Assembly (NCBI GenBank): GCA_043228905.1
Contig: JBHGNT010000009.1
Location: 18,228,001 to 18,292,000 of the forward strand
DNA length: 64,000 nt
Source: Azolla caroliniana
Lineage: Eukaryota; Plantae; Polypodiophyta
Reading direction: 5' to 3'
The translations under genes and the position numbers were made by a program. A model generated the notes under the pieces. The model had not been told where the DNA came from. It ran no database searches and was given only the letters and a program-made list of their open reading frames with translations. Shown one piece after another: positions 51,805 to 62,832 of the stretch. The first letter of the stretch is position 1; every line of letters starts with the position of its first letter.

Positions 51805-52277
51805 TGTTACGGGCATGACCATCTAATATCCCATGGTGAGAATTTACCGTAGTATTCTATACATGTGGATAAAAGTGTGAGGGTTAAACGAGAGTGTAAA
51901 GAACGGGAGGATTACTTTCAATCCTCGTGATTGAGACAACCCATTAGGCCAAGTGTGAACTTGCCTAAAGGCCTTAGGCTTGGTTATAAATATGAGGTCT
52001 AGCTACCCTCATTTGACACATTATTGACTATGTTGAGACTCTGACATTGTGGTGGGTCAACTCTTGTAGCGAGCGCGCCAACACCAGGTACGACTCGACG
52101 CCACGACGATGGTATGGGACGCCGATCGAGGCTCGAGTCTGTTTCGATTCCTTCGCTTGGGGGTGGTCGGGTGGATCATCACCCTTCTTTCTCTCTCTTA
52201 TTTCTTATTTATCTATATTTTATCTCTATCATATGCTTACATTAGTAGCTAAGCTCTAACAATTGGTATCCGAGCCA
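51805..52277 (+). mobile_element. 5' LTR (51805-52261) with Met-type PBS; internal region lost
   Basis: TGTTA..TAACA termini followed by TGGTATCCGAGCCA (52264-52277). Homologous to the solo LTR at 62378-62832. Confidence 0.88.
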
Positions 52278-52569
52278 TGTTTCTAATGTTTCTTTTGTTA
52301 ATTGTTTTTTTTCTTGTTGGATGGCGATTGATCGATGTACGATCGAGCTTGATCCAAATAGCTATCAACAAAGGAAGATGAATTAGTTTAGGCTTTCCAT
52401 GTGCTAAAGTCATGAGAGACATGGACAAAGACAACAAATAGTTATATCTAGAGACATTGGGAATGCATGACAAGGACCATGGATTGATTTGAGGAATCAT
52501 GTGCTAGGGTTTTTTTTGGATGGATAGAGGATTTGGGTGGGTGTATTAAAGGGGGGGGGGGGGGGGGGG

Positions 52570-53340
52570 ACGGGTGGTGTCCCTTGGACACTTGATGGGC
52601 GTTATACCATTACATATATTATTGTGGGTGAGTGTATTAAGGGGGGGATTTAGGGTTTTGGGGGGTGATGTCCCATGGACATCCGATGAGCGTTATACCA
52701 GTTATGGCCACTCTCGATTTATGGGAGGGGCCATATTTTTACTCCTCCTTGGGTTAAGGTTTTTTGGGGGGGTGGTGTCCCCTGGACACCTAATGGGCGT
52801 TATACCAGTATGGCCACTCCCGATTTATGGGAGAGGCCATATTTTGGCCTTATTCTTACTCCTCCTTTCTTTCTCCCTTCTTTCTTGCTCCAGTTTTCTG
52901 AAGGCGGAGAGGAAGTAGAGGAGTAAGAGGCAAGAAGCCACATCTTGCTCAATGCAAGCCATGGCTTTTTTCATAGCTAAGAGCACTTTGTTCTTAGCCA
53001 TGATTTTTGTATGTGTAGCACAAGTGGCCCCCTAGTCCCTATTTATAGGGTTCGTGGCCATATGCCATTGTATGTGGGACATATGGGATAGATGCCATTT
53101 GTATGTGGGACATATGGGATGGGCATATGTCTGCCCATTTCCACATGTATCGTGACATTTAGGCCCAAAGTTTGTGTGTCCATTACATATACATACATAT
53201 ATGATTGTGGGTTTCTCCTTCTTCATCCCTGCCCCCCCCCCATTCTGCCGTTGTATGTGGGACAAATGAAATGCGATGGGATGGCTGCCCATAATTTATT
53301 GATGGAAATGGAAACCTTTCTTTCTGTGTGTTGTCCTTTC
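52570..53340. repeat. Modular dispersed repeat, copy 3, with reiterated hairpin module and a 58-aa ORF (53001-52825, -)
   Basis: Three GTGTCC..GGACAC..GCGTTATACCA units, two TATGGCC..GGCCATA hairpins, and homology to 34270-34880. Confidence 0.85.
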
Positions 53341-54140
53341 TTTTCTCATTTGGGCAGAGAGAGACAGACAGAACACAAACAGAGCAGAAGAGAAGGTTGG
53401 CCATTGCTTCTGGCAGGCGCGTCCTAATTAATTTAATAAACCTAATTATAATTAATTAGGGTTTCTGAGACACCCAACACCATCCCCTTCTCTGAACTCA
53501 AAACTTTGAGACTCACTCCATTGCGCCTTCCTTCTCCTGCTACAATGAATTAAAGCAAAACTATCAAGCAAAACCAGGGTTTGGTTTCTCTCTCAGAATA
53601 ACTCTTATATATCACTTCTCTCTCTTCTTCTTCTTCTTCTTTTTCATCTACGTAGTCTCTGCTCTTCTTCACTGAAAACCATTTTACAGTTTCTCCCTCA
53701 GAAATCTCTGTAGTCATCAGAAACAAACAAAACTTACCTCCCCCATGGCATGGTGGCTGTGTTTTCTTCCTCGTCGCCACCACAACCACTACCATCATTA
53801 TCATCATCATCTGCGTCTTATTCTTTTGTACCATATTCTTCTCCAATGTCAAACCCTAATTCTTTCGAAGAAACTGTATGCGAGTGTTTGAAGAACTGGG
53901 AAAAGCCATCATAATTCAGATATGAGAGTGTTATCTCCTGATTTTCCATCAGAACCACGGAAATGGTGTATACCACTGAAACTCAACTAACTGTCTAAAT
54001 GGTGTATAAAGTCTTATCCATGCATTTTGTAACCATTATGATCTGTGCTTTATATTATGCAGTTATATCCACTCATTTTGTTACCATTCCGATCCGTGCT
54101 TTATATTCTGAAGTTGTATTATGTTTTCTTTTATGCTTAG

Positions 54141-54970
54141 AACAGTAATGGCAGCCAAAATATAACTGGAGATCAATTGAATTGATCTGTACTAAGTCCT
54201 TCATTGAGCAGTATCCGATCGGTTCAATTGAAGACACAATTTGATCAAAGATGATTGGGAGCACTACAGCAAGTTCACTGCACAAGTTGGTGAAAAATTC
54301 CAGATTGTTGGAGATTGATCGTTTGGTCGCAAACCCAACGGTAAAAGTGTGACAAACCCAAGAGACAAGCTCTTAGTTGTTTCAATATATTCTAATGTTC
54401 ACACACGTTAAATACATAGACACCTTATTAGTTTCTAAAAGACACTTTATAAACCTTCCATCCGTGTTGTAACAAGTTCTATTTTTCACATTTCCCTTAT
54501 TATATTACTTCTTTCAAAGTTTACTTATATTCTCTGTGTGTGTGGATTTGCAAAGAATTTGGTGGATTTTGGCTCAATGTTTGGCAATTTTTTGCTAGAT
54601 ACGCAAGAATTTAGTGGGCTCTCGATTCCTATTTATAACTGAAATGTAAGCTATATGTGTAGGTGAACCAAAATAGGTTCAGTATCTGAGAGCATAGAGG
54701 GGGTAAAGATGTTGAAGCAGGCTGGTTGGGGAACTGTGATGACTAGTCACAGGAGTGGAGAAACAGGAATGGATACTTTTATTGCTGCTGATTTGGCTCT
54801 GGGTGTGTGCATGGTAAACTCAGCTTTCTAAGTGTTCGAAATGTTCAATCTATTGAAGTTTGTGTGAGTGTTATTTTATTCGTTTTCACTAATTTTAACT
54901 GCAAAATAATAGCAGGGACAAATTAAGCCTGGCGCACCTTACAGATCGGAGAGGCTAAGAAAATTGAATA
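54141..54970 (+). pseudogene. ENO: Enolase gene fragment (three intron-separated exons, frameshifted)
   Basis: Exon ~54141-54340 reads NGSQNITGDQL.DLYKSFIEQYPIGSIED.FDQDDWEHYSK..QIVGD. Exon ~54663-54813 reads [33 protein letters not shown]. Exon ~54916-54970 reads GQIKPGAPYRSERL. AG/GT borders present. Confidence 0.9.
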
Positions 54971-55799
54971 ATAAGAACAATAACGTTGTATAATAAATTA
55001 CTGGAAGTGGACGATATGCTCCCGATGGATCATTCTTTGATTCAAGTTTAGCCTAACGGATTGCTAGTAAAACTAGCATTAAATTAAATAACAGGCAAAA
55101 CTGATGGCGTTGCCCTAAATAACGATCAAAACCAATGGTATTTCTTGATCCATTTTTTTGTGTTAATTATGTATACAAAGGGAGAGAAGCCTCAGTATGA
55201 AGGCTGTGTATTAGGCCTTGTTTGAATCCAATTTTGAACAATGTATTCCTAATTCACCTCTGATTTGTCTCTTTATATTTTTACACTGGAAGCTACCAAC
55301 TGATTCATGTCATGCTGTAAGGCTGTGAAGTAGGCTTCATTGCAATATGTTTTGTCCATTTCTATTTACTGTGGATGATTTCAATCAATTTATGTTATGC
55401 GTTGTGTAAATTTGGGAAGGGTAAGGAGCATTGTTTTGCAGTATCTGATGGAGGGAAAAAAGGGTTGTGATTTCCCAACTCTATATACTTTCTTTTGATA
55501 TGGATTAAAACATTTTTGCCTGGGGTGGACTATTGCGATTTAGGTTTTGTGCATCACCTGTTAATGATTGGAATTTATCAATAGCTTCTTTATGCATTAA
55601 AATTATGTTAATGATGCATCGATGATAAAGAGTGATTTTTAATAATATAAGTGGACAAGAAGACTTGCTTGAATTGTGTGCCATTGGACATAAATAAAAG
55701 AGGCACACACAATCAGTCAAGTGAACATTGTACTAGAAATTGGAACTACCCAACCATTGTTGACAACAGAAGACAGACAACATACAATTTGTAATGAAG

Positions 55800-55948
55800 G
55801 AGGCATGGAGATATTTGCATGTCCCTCTGTACAAATCACATGATTCCAATGCCAAATTGCAATTGAGGGTTTCTGTAATGATGGAGGCATGGAGATATTT
55901 GCATGTCCCTCTGTACAAATCACATGATTCCAATGCCAAATTGCAATT
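55800..55948. repeat. Direct duplication, ~65-bp unit, period ~84 bp
   Basis: GAGGCATGGAGATATTTGCATGTCCCTCTGTACAAATCACATGATTCCAATGCCAAATTGCAATT occurs twice. Confidence 0.9.
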
Positions 55949-56519
55949 AAGGGTAGAGAACGAGGCTATGCATAAAGGATGTAGGAACAGGTCAATTTGT
56001 TAAGCATTGAAATGCACCATTGCTGGACACACCCATAGATGATAGCGTATGATTTTGATAGGCAGCCTCTGTTAAACTTTCACTATAATGGTCAATATAC
56101 ACAAAAACCGGTTCCTACCTGTGCAGGGTTTTACACAACGGACCTGATTTTGCCCATGCGAGCAATATACATTTGAACAATAGTTCTGGGTTGAATTTGA
56201 ATCTACGCACTTTCTCACGCCTTTGATGAGTATTGTAGGAACAATACAATAACCCTAACCCTAACCCTAACCTTTACTTACTACTTCGGCCAACACACAC
56301 ACACACATTCTTCTTCTTCTTTGAAGGGAGAAGAAGGGTTCACCACTTATTTTTATGTATGTATAAACTGAAGTCTGAAGTGAGATCTCTTCTTCTCAGC
56401 GTGTATGAACTGACCTCTTTCTCTCATCTACAACTAGTGTCTCTCTCGATCTATCGCAGAATGCTGTTCTTCTATAACTCCCAAGGATTAGGGTTAGGGC
56501 TAGTACCTCCGCCCCCAGA

Positions 56520-58017
56520 CATGTTGAACTCAGAAATTACCACAGCTTACAAGTAAAGGATTATTTGCAATGAAATGAAGAAAAGAAGGGAGACATAGAG
56601 TTTGAGGATTACTTGGCTGCCATGAAAGCTGAGAGGGAAGCAGAAGAAGAGAGACAATTAGAGGAGATGAAAGAGTGCCAGAGAAAAGAAGCAAGAGCGT
56701 ATGTAGCTCAACTCAGAGATGCAGTTGCAAGGCAAAGGTTTGATGATGAAGAACTAGAAGAGTTGATTAAGAAAGAAATGGAAGGTGTTAATTGGAATCC
56801 TTCACCTCAATTCAAAGGTAAGTTTAGCTGCTTTATATATAGATATATAGTACTTCACATTCTTGTTCTTTATGCCTGCTAGAGTCTAAAGGGCCACTAT
56901 CCATTATGGTGATTGTTTTTACTTTTTTCTATATGAAAACTCATGGCTGTATGTAAACTTACAGAGTAGCTAAGAATTAAAAGATTGTTTCATTGCTTTT
57001 TACTAGCAGTCGAATTGGTTATGATCTGTTCATTGCAAAGTTAACATAATTTATATGTAATTATTGTATGACTAACGAAAATTTTGGAGAAAGAGGAGGG
57101 CCAGAGATTAGATTCTTAATGAGTGCTAATTGAGTGGTTATGCACCACGCAATGGATTTCTCTCTACCCTAATTTCCTATATTCTCTGGTATGGTTAGGT
57201 TTGCACATAACACAACTACTGCTCATTGTTAGAACTATTTTCAAAGTTCTATGAATTTGGAGTGTATAATAAAAGATGCATACTGATGTTTTATTATAAT
57301 TTTTTGAACTGAATGTGATTGCGCTGTCTAATGTGTCACTGTAATGAAAACTCATCATATTGAGCCAATGGCTTTGGACTATTATATTACTAAGCCTGTT
57401 TTAACAGTATTTTATTGTTTCAGCTAGGGTTTGTCTACTTCTGTTAGTAGCCAGAAGCTTACGTATTTTTTGATCACTCATTTTATGTTGCCCTTAACAT
57501 ATCATGCTCTTAAGAGTCAAATAATTAGTGTAAATCACATTGTTCAATCATAGCCTTTGGGAACAATTTTGAAACCAATTTCATTAGGTGCATTTCCACA
57601 TTTCCGTAAGGCTTGAAAATCATTTTTCTTTTCCACAGGTGTTAATGAGGGAGCTCAACAAGACGAAAGAAACTTGTAAGGATGATTCTAAACGGGTTTG
57701 CATTTCACATTTTAGGAATGGTTATCTGCAATGTTGGTCTTCTAAGTAAATGTTCCTTCAAGTTTGATTCGAGAGGAAAAAAACTATTTTTGAGCTGCGA
57801 AAAAACTTCTTAAAGAAACATCCATATGGTTTATAAAGAAAGTTCAGATGATTGGTTTTCGGCTTGAATCCTAGTAGAGTTTCTCATCAACAAACATGTT
57901 TAATTTCTTTTGCAGTCCAAAGAAGACTTAATGGATGTCTTAGAAGGCCAGATAAGAGGTCTACATGCAGCGGATCTGGTCGATCAAGAAACAAGAAGAC
58001 TAGCAATTCAAGATCAA
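56520..58017 (+). pseudogene. Unidentified spliced gene fragment (charged, coiled-coil-like)
   Basis: E/K/R-rich frame ends at AAAG|GTAAG (56817) with an upstream in-frame TGA at 56571. Further exon-like segments with CAG/GT borders lie at ~57640-57694 and ~57916-58017. Confidence 0.35.
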
Positions 58018-58428
58018 GGTAAAAGAATATTATTGTGTTTAGTTTCTCCGAATCTAGGAAAATGGTACATCCAGATGAGTTCATAATATGCACATCATAA
58101 TCCCAGAAAATTCAAGGAATGGGTGCTTAATTTATAGGTACCATAGAAATATGCGAAGCTTCTAAGTCGAGAGCAAAACAAACAATTGCTGATTTGCAGT
58201 ACCTTGAGTGTTATTATGGACGCTGTGCTGTGAAATGGTTTGAATAGGCAGGATGGTGCCCAGACTTTTGCCTAGCCAATAGAATACAACATTACACCAT
58301 TAAAACTATATATCAACACTTGCTTTTTTTATTGAGATGATTCATGCAAATGTGATCGTTTTTACCGGCTTAATTATCAGAGAACCAAATGTAGATCATT
58401 CTTCTAATAACATACAATTCCTTACAAA

Positions 58429-58732
58429 GAGATATTCAATCCTCATACACCTACGAATATGCAGATTCCATTAACACGTTCATCGGAAAATTGAGTTATA
58501 CTCATGGCAAACCTTGAATTAAGGTTATGTTTGTGTTGTCCAATACTTCGAATAAACATATGAAAACACATACTTTCTTAAGGAGATATTCAATCCTCAT
58601 ACACCTACGAATATGCGGATTCCATTAAAACGTTCATCGGAAAATTGAGTTATACTCATGGCAAACCATGAATTAAGGTTATGTTTGTGTTGTCCAATAC
58701 TTCGAATAAACATATGAAAACACATACTTTCT
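58429..58732. repeat. Near-identical tandem duplication, period ~154 bp
   Basis: GAGATATTCAATCCTCATACACCTACGAATATGC...AAAACACATACTTTCT occurs twice. Confidence 0.95.
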
Positions 58733-59203
58733 CAACCAGCAACACTTGTGCTAGATGAGAAAGAGCTAAAAACAAACAACAAATGGTCTTAAAAAGTTGA
58801 GCAAAAAATATTAATTGGCATTTGTATTTGTATAACCAATAATTATAGACAACACCCTAAAGTTAACAAATGCTCAAATTTGGAGTTGAAACAATAGAAG
58901 TTGACCATATGAAAACTTCAATGAGTTTCTTAAAGTGGTGCAAAAATAGATTAATTTCCCTAAACATCATCCTTGTAAATGAATGCATTCAACCAAAACC
59001 ATAGATATAAAGAGCACGCTTTCTAAGCAGTAACAATCAATGCGTGTTAAAAATTTGTAAACAGTGTTCACACGACCAATGATTACATTCAAATACATAA
59101 TATTAGCCTTTCCCCAATACATGCATGTATTGATTTCGCAACATTACTACGTACTTTGTCATCATTGTATTTCCATTCTCTCTCGAAGAACCTAATCCTA
59201 ATC

Positions 59204-59276
59204 GATCCTACTAGGGCTAAAACCTAGAATATCTAGTTTCGTAGACCCTACACCTAATCCATTGGGCCATAGGATC
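59204..59276 (-). pseudogene. tRNA-Arg(ACG)-derived copy (anticodon ACG retained, T-loop decayed)
   Basis: GATCCTATGGCCCAATGGATTAGG..GTCTACGAAACTAGA..CCCTAGTAGGATC. Confidence 0.7.
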
Positions 59277-59529
59277 TTCAGTTTTCCGTTAGTTGTACTT
59301 CCATTGAGAATCATGATTGACATGCGAGAACATGATTCAGATAGACTTTAAATGAGGAGTTTGTGTCAATTGACCCGTTTCTTTTCCCTAAACAACATCG
59401 TGCTCATAAATGAATGTATTCAACCAAAATTATAAAATACAAGATCACACTTTCTAGACGGTTGCAACAAATGCGCATTTTGACTCCATGATTCTTGATC
59501 GTTGTTGTCTAGGATCATGATTCTAAATT

Positions 59530-59602
59530 GATCCTACTAGGGATCGAACCTAGAATCTTTGGTTTCGAATACCCAACGCCTTATACATTAAGCCATAGGA
59601 CC
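59530..59602 (-). pseudogene. tRNA-Arg-derived copy
   Basis: GGTCCTATGGCTTAATGTATAAGGCGTTGG..GAAACCAAAGATTCTAGGTTCGATCCCTAGTAGGATC. Confidence 0.7.
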
Positions 59603-60225
59603 TTTGGTTTTTCATATCGAAGGATCACACATGAACGGATAGGATCTCATATTTCTCATCTTTAACTACCTTTCTCCGACTCAAGAAATAGATTATATAG
59701 AACAAGGTTTATTTGCCAATGTTTTGGCCAAAATTGTGGTTGTAATGCATGAATACAAAGGCTCCTTTCATACTCATGTTAAATTAGAAAAGGAAGATGA
59801 CCGGTTTCCACAAGGAAATCAATATGGATATGTATCTGGATGTTTTTGTCGATTCGGCAAACGGCTAAGCGCCAAAATCAGGCACATAAATTCATATACA
59901 TGCACAGTTCTACAAAGTAAGGGATGATGATAACCATCTGTCATTACGCATGGCATAATTAGTTTGTCAAGACTTCCCTGAGTTCTAAAAATCTGTAATT
60001 CATATGTGTCACCTGAAGACTTCATAAGATGCCCTTGGTTGAGGTGGCACTTATTGCATGTCTTTAGTTTTGAAGTGACATTCTGGCACATGAGCAACTC
60101 ATCTTTAGTTTCAGATGTGATTCAACTTAGTGGGTAATAACGAGTAATTTTCGTGTTCATCCCATCCCAAAAGGCTTGAGAAGAAGATAATTGTTGAGCC
60201 TCCAAAGAATAGAAGTGTAATTTTG

Positions 60226-60735
60226 GTCTCGGCATAAGTTCGACACTTGCATGTAAAGTGATACCCATCCTCTATCTCTATGTGACATAAGTTCCTACAT
60301 AGCCTTTCCTCTCTATTAGCACAACCATTCTCAATCTCAAGTTGGTGAGATGATCTCCTAAGTTGTCCAATGGCCACCCTTAGTGCATTTGTTAAGAATG
60401 TATGTAGATATTTTGGTTGTGTAATAAAACCTAACTTAGAGAAGTGCATGAAGTGTTCTTTATAGTACAACATTTTAGATGGGAGTGGTTCTCGTGGGGT
60501 GATCCATTTATATCGAGTGTAAATTTGCCATATTTCTTGGCATATTACTTTATTGCGGTCCTCATGAGAGATTAAAGTTTGATTAGTCTCATGGTTGTAC
60601 TTAAGGGGAGGTAGGTTATTAATGTCTATGCCATTTGCAAGTAACCAACTCACTACAATGTTATACCAAGAGCTAGTATCTCCGGATGCATATAGGGATT
60701 GAGATGCCTCAAAAGCTTGACGGGATATCCTATCT
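60226..60735 (-). mobile_element. Non-LTR retrotransposon (RTE/L2-like) C-terminal remnant
   Basis: ORF 60111-60749(-) reads AIGQLRRSSHQLEIENG..RLC..CHIEIEDGYHFTCKC, a typical LINE C-terminal zinc motif. Confidence 0.7.
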
Positions 60736-61833
60736 TGTGGTTGAGGCATAAGGTACCTTCTTCATCTTAGCTTTCTCTGTCTTTGTCTTCGGACTTTGTT
60801 TCCCGGACAGCTTCGCACCCTCATGTTGAACCTTTGGAGCACCTTTGTCACGTACTTCTCCTGTGATAGCCACAATAGCTTCTTTGTCCGGTCTCGGACT
60901 ATGTGCATCCCTAAGATCTGTCTCGTTGGACCCATATCTTTCATTGAGAAGGACCTGCTTAAGGCCTTCTTTAACATCTCGATTTTGATGCAGTCCCGTC
61001 CGACGGTCAGCATGTCGTCCACGTACAACAGGAAGATTAGGAAACATCCTCCGTCGAACTTCTCTCGGTTCTAGGGACTCCTGTTTCGGCCTCTCCCTCT
61101 ATTGGGAAAACAGGTCCCTATGGATGGGAAGATGAGTACGAGCCGAATCGGATGGAACCAATGGGTAATTTGCCCGAGAATGGAAATCGAGTGCCAAGCT
61201 CTAAGTGCTTGCTTGAGGTCATAGAGTGGCTTTTTGAGTTGGCAACTCGTTGTTGGGTGAGAGCTTGACTTGAAGCCGAGAGGTTGTAGCATGTACACCT
61301 CCTATTCTAATTCAAGATGATCTATTATTTTCGAGTGCCAAGCTCTAGGTGCCTGCTTGAGGCCATAGAGTGGCTTTTTGAGTCGACAAACCGCTTTTGG
61401 GTGAGAGTGCGACTTGAAGCCGAGAGGTTGTACCATATACACCTCCTCTTCTAATTCACCTTGAAGAAAGACGTTCTTTACGTCCATTTGATGAAGGTGC
61501 CATCCTTTGGCTCTGCCAGCATGATTACAGTCTGAACAGTCATAATCTTTGCCACCAGGGGAAAGGTCTCGTTGAATTCTTTCTTGTCAGAGGTATGCAG
61601 TGAAGGCGTCAAAGAAGTATTCTTTACCTCCGTCCAACCGAAGGCAACGAACATGCCGATCTGTTTCCTTTTCGACCCCACATTTGAATTTTTGGAACTA
61701 TGCAAGCACTTCAATATTTTGCCACATGGGGAAGATGCAAGTTTGCTTGGAGAACTCGTCGACAAATGTGATGTAGTATTGACATTCACTAAAGGTTGCC
61801 ATTTGGGCCAGTTCCCACACATTTGAATGTATT

Positions 61834-61930
61834 TGTTAAGAATTAGGTAAGTAATTAAGCAAGGGTTAATTAGTACCTAATTATGTAATTAGTTGATAAG
61901 CGGAAGATTAAGTGATTTGTATGTGTGAGA

Positions 61931-61976
<46 letters not shown>

Positions 61977-62294
61977 CACTTATGAACAACACAAGATGGG
62001 GGATGAGTAACTATATTAAATTAGCATTATCATCATCAAATACAAAAATACCCACAATGAGGTATATATACATCTCATGTGCCAAGGTGCACATGTGTGA
62101 GTAGAATATAGGTACTAATGTGTAAGTCCTATATTAAATGTACTTAGGAGTGGAGGATCTAGAATATCTCACTTAAGTACAAGGTCCTATGTAAGTCGTT
62201 ATAGTTAACACTTCTAACTAGATCCTATCTAGGTAACTACGAAGTTACATGGTTGACTAACTAACTAAACTAAGTTGAGCTTGATCTCTCAACA
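61834..62294. mobile_element. Solo LTR containing (GA)n
   Basis: TGTT..AACA termini and 5-bp TSD GTATT (61829-61833 / 62295-62299); interrupts copia coding sequence. Confidence 0.85.
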
Positions 62295-62377
62295 GTATTA
62301 CATCCAAAAGTCCTTTACTTACATTCCTGTCTTTTGGGAAGGGATGTCAATGTTGTTCACCAAATTGACATGCCACA

Positions 62378-62832
62378 TATTATAGATCATAGTACTAACG
62401 TAAGCTTAAGATAAGGATAAAGAAAAGATAGATAGAAAGGAGAAAGAGAAAGAAGGGTGCCGATCCACCCGACCACCCCCGAGCGAAGGGATCGAGACGG
62501 ACTCGAGCCTCGATCGGCGTCCCATACCACCGCCGTGGCATCGAGTCGTACCTGGTGCTGGCGCGCTCGCTACAAGAGTTGACCCACCACACGAGCAGAG
62601 TCTCGATGTAGTCAAAAGATGATCAAATGAGGGTAGTTAGGCCTCTTATTTATAGCGATACCCAAGGCCCCCAGGCAAGTTCACACTTGACCTAATGGGT
62701 TGTCTCAATCCCGAGGATTAAAAGTAATCCTCCCCTTCTTTACACTCTCGTTTAACCCTCACACTTATCCACGTGTATAGAATACTACGGTAAATTCTTA
62801 CCACGGGATATTATATGGTCATGCCCGTAACA
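62378..62832 (-). mobile_element. Solo LTR, same family as 51805-52261
   Basis: Reverse-complement homolog starting TGTTACGGGCATGACC; 5-bp TSD CCACA (62373-62377 / 62833-62837). Confidence 0.88.

Noticed and set aside
52047-52259. Similar ORFs MWWVNSCSERA.. here and at 62395-62592
   Set aside because: Both lie within copies of the same LTR, so the similarity reflects LTR homology rather than a gene.
52575-52845. Hammerhead ribozyme linked to the nearby Penelope-like element (C(T/C)GATG(A/G)G after a hairpin)
   Set aside because: The required GAAA core after stem II is absent and no copy has an exact CTGATGA.
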